A stretch of 64,000 nucleotides of DNA from Carpediemonas membranifera BICM (Eukaryota; Protista; Fornicata), in the NCBI GenBank assembly GCA_019828565.1, contig JAHDYR010000038.1, positions 140,735-204,734 on the forward strand, given 5' to 3'. Position numbers and translations under genes: made by a program. The notes beneath the pieces are model-generated. The model saw only the letters and a program-made list of their open reading frames with translations. It ran no database searches and was not told where the DNA came from. Positions 1 through 12,100 of the stretch are shown piece after piece (positions within the stretch are counted from its first letter, which is position 1; each line of letters begins with the position of its first letter).

Positions 1-869
1 GCCCACTTCGACGAAGCTTCAGCAATGGCGGCTTTCGCCTCCTGCTCTTGCTCTGGGGTCGAGAAGAAGATGGCAGACCGGTAGCTGGTTCCCCGGTCGT
101 TCCCCTGGCGGTCCTTCGTTGTCGGGTTGTGGGCCCTGAAGAAGTGGTTCACAAGCAGCTCCCGCAGGCTGACTTTGGCTGGATCGAATGTAACACGGAC
201 CGCCTCGGCGTGGCCGGGATGTCTGCGGTACGTCGCCCCCTTGTTCTCCCCGCCAACATAGCCGCACACGGTCGAGACCACACCAGGAACCTGCCGCAGC
301 AAGTGCTCTAGCCCCCAGAAACAGCCGCCAGCCAGAGTGATCGTGGCCATGGACCCTTCGTGGGTCGACTCCTTCCTTTCAGTCCCAGCGGCAGAGTCTA
401 GGTACTCTCCATACCCTTCCTTGGCCATCTCAGCGAGCGGTATAAACCGCAGAGCTGCCGCGTTGATGCAGTATCGCTGGCCGCCCAGCTCTCTTGGCCC
501 GTCGTTGAAAACATGCCCGAGATGAGAATCCGCAGTTTTAGACCTGACCTCGACCCTGGTCATGCCGTGGCTCGTGTCCTTCTTCTCCTCGACCTCGGTG
601 TCGTCGATGGTGCGGGCGAATGCTGGCCATCCACAGTGGCTGTCGAACTTGTCGGCAGAAGAGAAGAGAGGGACGCCAGAGACAACGTCTACGTATATTC
701 CCGGAGCGAATGACTCCTCTGTGGAGAATGGAGGCTCGGTGCCTGCCTTTTGAGTGACGTTGAAGGCCATTGGTGAGAGCTTCTTTGATAGCTCTTCGAC
801 AGATGGTTTGACAAATGATTGCTTGAACTTCTGGCCAAGCAAACTGCTGATCATACTTGTTGGCTTCAT
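1..869 (-). CDS. msrBA: Methionine sulfoxide reductase MsrB-MsrA fusion (3' end runs off the window)
   Basis: Manual translation from ATG at 869, open to position 1 and absent from the ORF track. MsrB motifs: [63 protein letters not shown]. MsrA motifs follow in frame: [43 protein letters not shown]. Confidence 0.93.
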   Translation of the reverse strand, partial: MKPTSMISSLLGQKFKQSFVKPSVEELSKKLSPMAFNVTQKAGTEPPFSTEESFAPGIYVDVVSGVPLFSSADKFDSHCGWPAFARTIDDTEVEEKKDTSHGMTRVEVRSKTADSHLGHVFNDGPRELGGQRYCINAAALRFIPLAEMAKEGYGEYLDSAAGTERKESTHEGSMATITLAGGCFWGLEHLLRQVPGVVSTVCGYVGGENKGATYRRHPGHAEAVRVTFDPAKVSLRELLVNHFFRAHNPTTKDRQGNDRGTSYRSAIFFSTPEQEQEAKAAIAEASSKW

Positions 870-1094
870 TTCGATGAGTTGAGTTTTGTTTGCCTCGCGG
901 CTGTCATGTTGCCCTGTAAGAATAGTTTTTCCAACGAGCTGTCTGAAGCACAGATCCGCGGGCAGGGCGACTGAGCACCATGAGAGCCACCGACTTAGCC
1001 TCTTTATGCAGAAATTTGTGCGCGCGCAAAAATGCGTAGGGGCGCATCATCTCAGGGCAAGGCAGTGCCGGCGTCAATCAGCTAGCAACAACGA

Positions 1095-2111
1095 ATGGCA
1101 CCAGCAGACGGCGATATCACGCAGTATTTCGGGAAAGTACCCGCCAAGGGGAAGAAGAAGGCGGCAAAGAAGGTCGATAATCATCTCATCGAGGAAGAGA
1201 AGGCGTTCAAGGAAAACGAAAAGAACATCGGAGCTGGCGAGCAGGATGAGGACCTCGACACACCCTATGGCGCTGCCAAGGTGAGCCACATGAAGTTTGT
1301 TTCCTTCAACGTCAACGGAATCCGCGCTGCTCTCAAGAAGGGCATCCGCTACTACGTCAAGAAGGAGCAACCGGACATCATAGCATTCCAGGAGACCAAG
1401 ATCCACTCAACGAAGATCCATGAGATTCCCTTGGATCACACGAACTCTCTGATTGACGGATACAAGGTTGAGTGGCTCAGTGCGGATCGCCCTGGCTACA
1501 GTGGTGTGGCCATCGCGTACAAGGAGGAGCTTGACGGCAAGCTGACTTTCAAGCGCCGTATCGGGCTGGATCACGCCATGGATACCGAGGGGCGTGTGAT
1601 GACCGTACTGGGGCCAGGGTTTGCCCTCGTAGCATGCTATACCCCTAACTCTGGCAGCAAGGACAGTTCCACAGGTTGGCCAGCGCGGCTTGATGAGCGG
1701 GTTGAGACCTGGGATGTCAGTTTTAGGAATTATGTTAATTCTTTGAGAGAGGAGGGGAGAGTCGTGTTGGTAACAGGTGATCTGAACGTAGCACATGAGG
1801 AGATCGACATCAAGAACCCCAAGACCAACACCAAGAGCGCTGGGTTCACGCCACGTGAGCGCGAGTCCTTTACCGCCCTGCTCGACAGCGGGTTCATCGA
1901 CACGTTCAGGGCACTGTACCCTAAGAAGGTGAGGTACACTTGGTGGTCATTCAGGACGAACGCCCGTGCCCGTAACATCGGCTGGAGACTTGATTACTTC
2001 CTGGTGGATAAGGAGCATGAGATGACCGTTGTTGACTCGTTTGTCCGGTCATCGGTGAAGGGGAGCGACCACTGCCCGGTGGGGTGTCTGGTGAACATGA
2101 CCAAGGTGTGA
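1095..2111 (+). CDS. APEX1: Exodeoxyribonuclease III / AP endonuclease 1 (ExoIII family)
   Basis: SFNVNGIRA, FQETK, GYSGVA, EGRV, YTPNSG, GDLNVAH, AGFTPRER, YTWWSFR, GWRLDYF and GSDHCP motifs, with a Lys-rich N-terminal extension. Confidence 0.95.
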   Translation: MAPADGDITQYFGKVPAKGKKKAAKKVDNHLIEEEKAFKENEKNIGAGEQDEDLDTPYGAAKVSHMKFVSFNVNGIRAALKKGIRYYVKKEQPDIIAFQETKIHSTKIHEIPLDHTNSLIDGYKVEWLSADRPGYSGVAIAYKEELDGKLTFKRRIGLDHAMDTEGRVMTVLGPGFALVACYTPNSGSKDSSTGWPARLDERVETWDVSFRNYVNSLREEGRVVLVTGDLNVAHEEIDIKNPKTNTKSAGFTPRERESFTALLDSGFIDTFRALYPKKVRYTWWSFRTNARARNIGWRLDYFLVDKEHEMTVVDSFVRSSVKGSDHCPVGCLVNMTKV

Positions 2112-2198
2112 GGGTCTGCTAGTGTAAAGTGCAGATGTTTTTATGGTTTATATTGCCCGTTTAATCAAGAGTGCTCACATGTATCAGCCGAACTTGAC

Positions 2199-2850
2199 TC
2201 ACTCAGTCAAGAACCGGGTGAAGGACTTCTGTATCGCACCACACCGTCCCACAGCAGCCGTTGTAGCCTTGTCCAGCTCCTGCAGGCCCATGGTACCGGT
2301 CGTGCTAACCATCGTTACATGGCCCAGCCCAGCCATGGCCGCCACAGTCACAGGAACCTCCTCCTCTGCCCCAACAGTGGCCGCAGTGACAACACCGAAG
2401 AGGGATATGCCCGCGAAGCATAGGGCGAGTGAGAGGGAGTTGATGGCGGCGGGAAGGAGGTCGTCGGAGCCACAGAGGACATGGACTGAGGCGGTGAGGT
2501 CGCACTTGGGGTACTTGGTGAACTGAATGGATGGGCGAAGGGCGTCTGCGGCGGTGCGAGCGAGGCTGGGAGCTGGATCGCCGCCAACAGTGATGGAGAC
2601 GGAGAAGCGGCCGTCTATGGCCCCTTCGGACGGCGCGGGCGGGTTGATTACAGCTAATATGCGGGTATTCCCCATTTCATACAGCACAGACCCTGCAGCT
2701 TCGGCAGAAACATTCTTCGTAACCTCTGTGTGAAATAGGGAATGAGAACAGACTAATATCCATAGAAGTCGTGCTTTTGTACATCGTTACATCATCCTGT
2801 GCCTCTACCGGAGCCACGGAGACGAAGCTCTTCTGTCGAGTTTGAAGCAT
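2199..2850 (-). CDS. RNA exosome RNase PH-like subunit (Rrp41/Rrp46/Mtr3 family); one intron at 2726-2753
   Basis: AAGSVLYEMGNTRILAVINP, ADALRPSIQFTKYPKCDLTASVHVL and AAINSLSLALCFAGI are RNase PH signatures. Removing a 28-nt GTCTGT...TTCACACAG intron joins the ATG at 2850 to the main ORF in frame. Confidence 0.8.
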
Positions 2851-3143
2851 TTCACTTCCTGGCGGATCGACTGCAGATTGACTCGCGAACAATGCGGTCT
2901 GGGGGTTGAAAAGGAGTGTAAAGCGAAGATCTAGGCGAGTCAGCAGCGGTGTGTTTCACTCCGATGAGAGGCCTTGCTTCGTTTTGCAGAATGCACGCGC
3001 AGGGTCTTCCTTCCACAAAATATCAATTGCCATGACTGTAAAGCATCTCCACAAACTCATTGATGACCTTCTTTGCTCATAATGAGGACCTGCCGCCTCG
3101 TCATGAACCTGCAGTTTAAGACACAACAAGCAACTTGGCCGCG

Positions 3144-6100
3144 ATGTCCTCAGATAAAGCAGGACAGCGTAAGCCAGTGGATGCAACCCTCACTGGTAAT
3201 GGTGAGCGATTGATCGCACCAATACCACGTGGGACATCCACGATGAAGGACACTGAGAAGCTTTTCAAATTTTCATCGAAAGATATCAGCCAGTATGACC
3301 TCCCCTCTGAAAAACCCAGGTATAAGAAGGGAAAGATCACTCCTGTTGACGCTGGCGACGTCGGCAACAGCCATGTTGCTTCTGCGCTCAACGACTTTAA
3401 GCGTGCCTCATTTGCCGGCCCCGTCGACGAGCCCAGCTGCATTCGCCTCGAAAATCCGTCCATCGCCAAGTCTAGCCTTCGGAAAATCGAGGACGAGATC
3501 TACGCAGAGGACACCCAGGCCAACCCCCGCCCACTCGTCGACGGCTGGCGCCCCCAGCACCCCATAACCCAAGACATCGACCGTGCCCGCCAGATCGTCA
3601 CAGAGCTCCGCACGGGCGAGGATGCGATCCGTTACTTCTCCCAGGCAGGTGACAGGGACCCCGTGAAGTTCGTCTACCTCGTCCCTGCCGAAACAGGCAA
3701 AGATTTCCGCCCCTACGACCTTCTTGTCGTCCCTAAGAGCAAGACGGGCACCGACTACTACACCATCTCAGCCAGTGGCGTGGTCCACGTCTGTGACGGC
3801 CAGCCGTCGGATGTCGTTCTCCTCGGTGATTGGCTCCGGGAGTCTTCCTTGTTCAACGTGCTCCGGTGTATGCCGTTCTTCCAGGAGTACTTCAAGCGCA
3901 AGGCGTTCAAGCTCTGGGTGAAGCATGTCCGCTATCGTCGCTTCTGTAACAACAGGCAGAGACTCACTCAAACCCTCTTCCCTGCCAAACCGCACTTCCT
4001 TGAGCCTATCCAGAAGGTCTACGCCCTCTGCTACAAGCTCAGCGTGACCAAGGGCGTCGATATAACCGTCAAGCAGACCTTTGAGAGGGAGGAACTCCAG
4101 CAGGTCCAGGCACAGACCCGCAAGGAGCTCGGCGAGACTCTGGAGGCCACGGTGGAGGGCATACTCGCCATACTCACCGCCACGATCGACGGCGTCGTCG
4201 CCCGGACCCGTTCGGCGGCTGACGAGGACGACACCGGCCTTCCTTCGTTCATCCAGCCGCAGAAGGTACGCTCCATGGTGCAGGCTAAGGCCGAGCTCAT
4301 CGAGAAGCAGCGCGCAGTCCGTGAGGCCGAACACGAGCGCCGCAAGCTCGGCGACCTCGTGCGCCTCTTTGACACATTCGTCCTCGAGGCCCTGATCGCA
4401 GTCAACCTCCACGCCGCCACAAGCGTCATCGCCAGCGTGTCAGACACCGCCGTGAAGCGCAGGGCTGGTTTGCTACTCACCATGGTGGAGTTCGACAGCG
4501 TCGCATGCTCGTTCACACCCTCCAAGGCGCAGTATCGCGACACTCTCGAGTCCATCTTCACAGAGCTCAGAAAGACTGTCACGGTCGCACCCAGAGTCAT
4601 CTCTGCGCCCGTCGTCCGGCAGCACGTCCATCGCGGCCGCGAGACGACGCATGTGGGTGTTGACGACTTCATTCTCGGATCCCCAGAGGGTGCAGTTTTG
4701 CCGTACGAGCCATTCATCGAGGCCGAGGCCAAGATCTTCAGCACACTTGAGGAGAACTTCCAGCAGGCCGTTGCGTACGCCCAGGTCTTTGATGAGTACC
4801 GCGACGTCCACAACTTCGGCCAGACGTGGGCTCCTGAGGCATATTCCAACCAGGACGCCAGCGTAGAGACCCTGCGCGCGGACATCGCGAAGCTCCAGCG
4901 CTGGATCGTTGAGCTCGAGCGGATGAAGACGTCTCAGGCGGTCGACCTCATCCACGTCGATTCCAGGAAGCTCAAGCAGCGTCTCACGCCAATTCCAGTC
5001 GACGCCCTTGAGCATGTCAAGCAGGTCTGCCTCCAGAAGTTCCGCGACCTTGGCAACAGCGTCGTCGACGGCTTCCGCGGACACACCAAGGTCCTCGCCC
5101 AGCAGCCGCGCCACCTCAAGGAGTTTACAGAGTTCGTCGAGCTCGTCAACCACCTCGAATCCATCTCCGAGGGCCTAATGGAGGACGTCCGCACGTGCAT
5201 CGAGCTCGACAAGGTCATGGCAGAGGCTGACCCCAAGCTTGAGCAGGCATCGGACAAGGCCCTCCTCGGCGCCGTTGGTGACTACAAGGAGAGCTTCCTG
5301 GCAGCCAAGGAGGAGGCTGCGGTGTTCATCAAGCAGCAGATGGGCTCCATGGTCTCACAGCTTGACTCCCATATCGTCACCCTCGAAGAGGAGACCGCGA
5401 AGATGGCGGATGAACTGCAGGAAGGCATCTTCGTCGACGCGAACGCCGACCCTACACAGGTGCTTTCTCGGCTCCAGGCGATCGGCGAGGCAATCGCGAC
5501 TCTCGAGGGCGGTGCTTCCACATATGGCAGCTACCAGAAGCTTTTCAACGTCTCCGAGGCCGCTTTCGAAAAACTCCAGGAGACCCGCCAACTTCACGCC
5601 GACAAGACGAACCTCTGGACGACCGTCGACCACTGGAATGAGGTCCACCAGCAGTGGCTGTACTCGAGCTGGCTCACACTCGACTCTGAGGCTATCGTGG
5701 CCGAGCTCGCAGCTATCCACAGCAAATCGGTGCGGTTTAAGAACAATCTGGAGGAGGAGGGCGAGGACGGTGTCGCTTCTACGCTGGTGCGTCGTATCAA
5801 GCAGTTCCAGCAGCATTCAGACCTTGTCTCCACCCTTGGCAACCCCGCCCTCCGCAACCGCCACTGGATGAAGATCTTTGCCCTATTGGAAGGCGGGGAC
5901 CAACTCGTCCCCGGCTCTCCCTTCACCCTCGACCAGCTCATGCAGATGGGCATCGATCGCGTCAAGACCGAGGTGTCTGACATATCAGGCACAGCCAGCG
6001 GCGAGTACTCGCTTGAACTTGCCCTAGATAAGATCGAGGCCGGCTGGGAACACATGGAGTTCACCGTCAAAGACCACGTTAAGGGCAAGGGCACTGCCAA

Positions 6101-9100
6101 CCAGGCGGACGTGTTCATCCTGTCCTCGATCGAGGAGATCCAGCAGCTGCTTGAGGATAACATGGTCACGCTCCAGACCATGCTTGCGTCCAGGTTCATT
6201 GTCGGCATCCGTGAGCCCGTCGAGAAGTGGGAGCAGCGCCTGATCCTGCTCAGCGACGTCCTCGATGAATGGGTGACATGCCAGCGCTCCTGGCTCTACC
6301 TCGAGGTCATTTTCTCTCAAGCAGACATCCAGCGCCAGCTCCCGGTCGAGTCCCAGAAGTTTGCCCGGGTTGACACAATGTGGAATCAGCACATGGCCTC
6401 TGTCCACGCCAGACCCGGTGTCATTGCTGTCCTGGGCATCGAGGGGCTCAAGGACAAGTTCGTACAGGCGAACCAGGCGCTGGACGAGATCCAGAAGTCC
6501 CTCGAGGATTACCTGCAGACCAAGCGTATCGCCTTCCCCCGGTTTTACTTCCTGTCCAACGACGAGCTCCTCGAGATCCTCTCGCAGACTACGGACCCCC
6601 AGGCCGTCCAGCCCCACCTCCGCAAGTGCTTCGAAGCTATGGCCCACCTCGACTTCGCGGAACCTGGATCCGATCAGATCAACGCCATGCAGTCTGTTGA
6701 GGGCGAGCGCGTGATGTTCATCGAACCCCTCTTTGCCCGAGGCGTAGTCGAGTCATGGCTCAAGGAGATTGAGGGAGGTATGGTCGCCACAGTCAGAGAC
6801 CATGTCGCCCGCTGCCTCAAGGCTGCGATGGACCGGCAGCAGACCCGGGCTGAGTGGCTCCAGTCGTGGCCCGCCCAGTGTCTGCTCACTGTCGATCAGC
6901 TGATGTGGACTAGCGGAGCAGAGAAGGCACTCAACGCGGTCGAGTCCGGCACTGATAAGGAGGCCCTAGTGCTCTTCCACGAGGCATGTATCGCCCAGCT
7001 CGACCAGATGGTGACGATGGTAAGAGGCCAGCTCACCTCCCTCCAGCGCAAGGCGATCGGAGCACTTGTCGTCATCGACGTGCACGCCCGAGACGTCCTC
7101 GAGCGAATGAACCAGGCGGGCTGCTCCTCCATCCACGACTTCGACTGGGTCGCCCAGCTCCGGTACTACTGGGAAGAAGACGACCCTGAGCGGCCTTGCA
7201 AGACTCGGCAGACGAACACACAGCTCGACTACGCGTACGAGTACCTCGGGGCGTCGGGCAGACTCGTTGTCACACCCCTAACCGACAGGTGCTACATCAC
7301 TCTCACATCGGCCCTGCATCTCCACCTCGGCGGGTCGCCCCAGGGCCCCGCTGGCACAGGGAAGACTGAGACCACCAAGGACCTCGCCAAGGCTCTGGCG
7401 GTGCAGTGTGTTGTGTTCAACTGCTCTGAGGGCCTCGACTATAAGATGATGGGCCGCTTCTTCTCCGGCCTCGCTCAGTGCGGTGCGTGGGCATGCGTTT
7501 GTTTCCTTTTCCAATCATTTGATTACGCAGTTTGACGAGTTCAACCGTATCGACATCGAGGTTCTCTCCGTCATCGCCCAACAGATCCTCACGATCCAGC
7601 AGGCAATCATGGCCTCAGCCAAACGTTTCGTCTTTGAAGGCCAGGAGATCCCACTGAACGCCAGCTGCGGCTTCTTTATCACCATGAACCCCGGCTACGC
7701 TGGCCGTACTGAGCTCCCCGATAACCTCAAGGCCCTCTTCCGCCCGATCTCGATGATGGTACCCGACTATGGCCTCATCGCAGAGATCATCCTCTTCTCC
7801 GAGGGCTTCAGCACCGCCCGGGCCCTCTCCCGAAAGATGGCGCAGCTCTACAAGCTCTCGTCTGAGCAGCTGTCACAGTGTGACCACTATGACTTCGGTA
7901 TGCGTGCTGTCAAGTCCGTCCTCGTCATGGCGGGCGGGCTCAAGCGACAGTATGAGGATCTCGGCGAGGACATCGTGCTCATCCGTGCGCTGCGAGACTC
8001 CAACGTGCCCAAGTTCCTCGCCCAGGACGTCCCTCTGTTCATGGGCATCATCCAGGACCTCTTCCCCGGTGTCGAGATCCCCTCGGTCGACTACGGATCG
8101 CTGCAAGAGGCTATTGAAGCCGACCTCACGTCCCATAACCTCCAGCCCGTCCCTGCTTTCGTCACCAAGTGCATCCAGTTCTACGAGACTCACATTGTCC
8201 GGCACGGCCTCATGCTCGTCGGCCAGTCGGGCACGGGCAAGAGCACCATCTGCACATCCATGGCACGCTCCCTCCAGGCGCTGTTCAAGGCGGGCGACAC
8301 TACTTCCCCGCACTTTAAGCCGGTCCAGCGTTACATCCTTAACCCCAAGAGTGTCTCCATGGGCGAGCTCTACGGTATGTTCGATGAGGTCTCCCACGAA
8401 TGGACTGATGGCCTCGTGGCCAACATTGCCAGGCAAGTGGTCAACGCAAGAGACGATACCAAGCGGTGGATAGTATTTGATGGGCCAGTCGACGCCCTGT
8501 GGATTGAGAACATGAACACCGTGCTCGACGACAACAAGATGCTCTGTCTGGCCAACGGCGAGCGTATCCGCCTACCGGACACTGTTAACCTCGTCTTCGA
8601 GGTCCAGGATCTCGCTGTTGCCTCCCCTGCAACCGTCTCCCGCTGCGGTATGGTCTACCTCGAGTCCGTCCACCTCGGCTGGCGTCCACTCGCCAAGTCT
8701 TGGACTGAGCAGTTTAAGCCCGCTGCGGCTAGACTCATCTCAGTCGCCCTCGGCTTCGATATCGACCATGAACGCGAGAAGGCTGACCAGGAGCGTGCAA
8801 ACAAGCTCGCTAAGGAGGAAGACGAGGAGCGCCGCCAGGCCGACCTCGCACGCGAGAAGGCCCGCGCCGCCAAGGGCCAGAAGGACGGCGAGGCCTCCGA
8901 CACCGACGATGACGAGGACAGCGGCTCCACAGTCGACTCCCTCTCTGACAACGACGAGGACGTCCCTGAGACGACGAACTCACGCCGCCGCAAGTCGATC
9001 TCTACGGTCGGCACGGACCAGCGGTTCCTCGCACTCGAGGCCAACTGCACGGCACTTGCCGAGGACGTGTGCGAGATCATCGTCGATAAGTACATGGACA

Positions 9101-12100
9101 AGGTCGGTGACGGCATCCTCAAGTTCATCAGAGCTAACTGTCGCGAAGACATCGCCTCTGTCGATGGCCAGCTCGTCCAGTCATTCTTGGATATCGTTCT
9201 CCACTTTATCGCTGACCTCGCCGACCGGAAGGCTGCTAGCCTCCGTGAGAAGCTCGATAGAGAGCACGCAGAGGCGGTGGAGATGGCGCTGGACGCTGGT
9301 GCCGAGCCCCCCAAGCGGCCCGACATCCGAGACACCCCGTGGGCCACCATATGCCCCGATGACGCCGTGCCAGAGTCCATCATCGCCGACATCGACCGTG
9401 CAGTCAGCTTTGCTCTCGTCTGGGGCTTCGGCGGCTCTATGGCCGAGGAAGCTCGCTCGGGCTTCGAGGACTTCATCCGCGAGCAGTTTACGGCCATCGG
9501 ACTGTCCAACACGATGCCAGACGACCGTTCTGTGTACGACTGGTCGATCGGCGACGGCGCCTGGTTGAGCTGGGACTCTCTCACACCCGCCTACGAGTTC
9601 AGCCCCGCCACTCCGTTCTTTGATATCGTCGTCCCCACCGCAGACACTGTGCGGGCCAACTACATCGTGAACTTGCTCATCCGAGGCGATGTCAACGTTC
9701 TTCTCTGTGGCCCAACTGGAACGGGTAAGACTCTGTCAGTGAACGCATTTATGAGAGACCGATCCACCCTTGAGTCATTCGTGACGGACGCCTTCTCGTT
9801 CTCGGCACAGACAACTGCTAAGCAAACCCAGCAGTTTATCGAGGCCAAGCTCGAGAAGAAGCGCAAGAACCTCCTCGCGCCCCCGAGCGGCATGCGTCAG
9901 ATCTTCTTCATAGACGACATTAACATGCCCGCCAAGGAGGAGTACGGCGCCCAGCCCCCAGTCGAGCTGCTCCGTCAGACCATCGTCCAGCGAGGCTTCT
10001 ACGACCGCGCCAAGCTCTTCTTCAAGAACGTAGACCACACGCTCTTCGTCTCAGCCTGTGCCCCGCCCGGTGGTGGCCGTAGCGTGGTCACGCAGCGTCT
10101 CACACGTCACTTCTTCCTGCTCGCCACGCCTGAGATGTCCGCATCCTCCATGCGTCGCATCTTCAGCGGCATTCTCGGCGGATTCCTCGCCAACCCTTCA
10201 GTCGACCCCGCAGTCGCCTTCAACCCCGACGTCGTGGCGTTGTCCGACTCGATCGTCAAGGCCTCGGTAGACCTCTACCACCAGATCTCCGAGGACCTGA
10301 GACCGACTCCGGCCAAGTCACACTACACATTCAACCTCAGAGACCTCGCCAAGACGATCCAGGGCCTGCTCCTTGCAGTGCCTGCCGCTGTCAACACCCG
10401 CTTTGGGTTCCTGAGGCTCTGGGCCCACGAGGTCTCGCGTACGTTCAGAGATCGACTCATTTGTGATGAAGACACCACGTGGTTCGACAGACAGGTTGTT
10501 AAGACCATCACCGACCACTTCGACATCAACGAGTGGGATGAGGCCAAGGAGCTCGACACTAGCCAGGCGCTCGAGTCCATTAAGGACGAGGACGCCGAGC
10601 TCGACGACGCTTCGGCCAAGGAGCGCGCGATGGTCACGGTCGGCCTGACCAAGGCTGTACCGGACATCATGTTCGGCGCCTGGTGCCCAGATAAGGCTGA
10701 ACAAAAGCGCTACGGTTCCCTCGACGACGATTCCCGCGCGGACTTCCGCTTCCAGTACAAGGAGCTGCACGACATCAATGGTGAGGTGGATAAGCGACTC
10801 AACGAGGCACTCGAGGAGTTCAACCTCTCGTCAGACAAGGAGATGGAGCTCGTCTTCTTCAAGGACGCCATTGCCCACCTCTCCCGAGTCGCCCGAGTCA
10901 TCCGACAGCCTCGCGGTAACGCCCTCCTCGTGGGCGTCGGCGGGTCGGGCCGCCAGTCGCTCGTCCGACTTGCAGCCTCGATGGCTGAATATTTCCTCAT
11001 CCAGCCGGAGATCTCCAAGAACTACGGTAGGAATGAGTTCGTCGAGGACATCAAGAAGGCGATGATGAAGGCGGGTGTCGAGACGACCAACTGTGTCTTC
11101 CTCCTGACCGATTCCCAGATTGTCTCAGAATCCTTCCTCGAGGACATCAACAACGTGCTCAACTCTGGCGAGATCCCCAACATATGGGCCCCTGATGAGA
11201 TGGAAACGATCATCACTGCGGTCCGCCCCATCTGCGCCAAGCTCGGCAAGGAGGGCACCAAAGACAACATCTACTCTACCTTCGTTAACCTCGTGCGCCA
11301 GAACATGCATGTTGTTCTATGCATGTCGCCCGTCGGCGATGCTCTCCGCAGACGTCTCCGGCAGTTCCCCTCTCTCTTGTCGAACTGCACGCTCGACTGG
11401 TACCATCCGTGGCCGTCCACGGCACTCTTTAGCGTTGCAGGCTGGCTCCTCAGAAACCTCGACGTCGAAGAGAAGGACCGCGAGGCAGGCATCATCGATA
11501 AGCTGGCCCAGCTCTGCATGACGGTGCACACTTCCGTCCAGCGACAATCCCAGGAGTTCTATGAGCAGTTTAGACGCCACGTATACGTCACGCCGACCTC
11601 GTACCTCGAGCTCATCAGACAATACTCCATGCTGCTCGGTGAGAAGCGGAAGCAGATCATCGGTAAGATTGAGACATTCGAAGGCGGCCTCGAGAAGCTC
11701 AAGGCAACTCGTGTCCAGGTCGCGGAGATGCAGGAGGATCTCGTCAAGCTCCAGCCAGTTCTGGAGCAGGCCTCTAAGGACACTGCCGAACTCCTCGTGC
11801 AGCTCGAGGTCGACCAGAAGGAGGCCGCTAGTGTCCGAGAGAACGTAGAACAGGAGGAGAAGCAGGTGTCTGTCATGGCCCGCGAGGCCCAGGAGATCAA
11901 GGACGACGCCCAGTCCGACCTCGACGCCGCCCTCCCCGCCCTGCACGCGGCCATCAAGGCACTCAAGAGTTTGAATAAGAACGACATCACAGAGATCAAG
12001 TCATTCAAGACGCCGCCTGAGCTAGTCAAGGTTGTCATGGAGTCGATATGCATCATGAAGGACGTCAAACCCACCTGGGAGGAGTCCAAGAAGCTCCTGT

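Noticed and set aside
7483-7535. Programmed frameshift, or split/trans-spliced dynein as in Giardia
   Set aside because: Both breaks are fully explained by short cis GT-AG introns.
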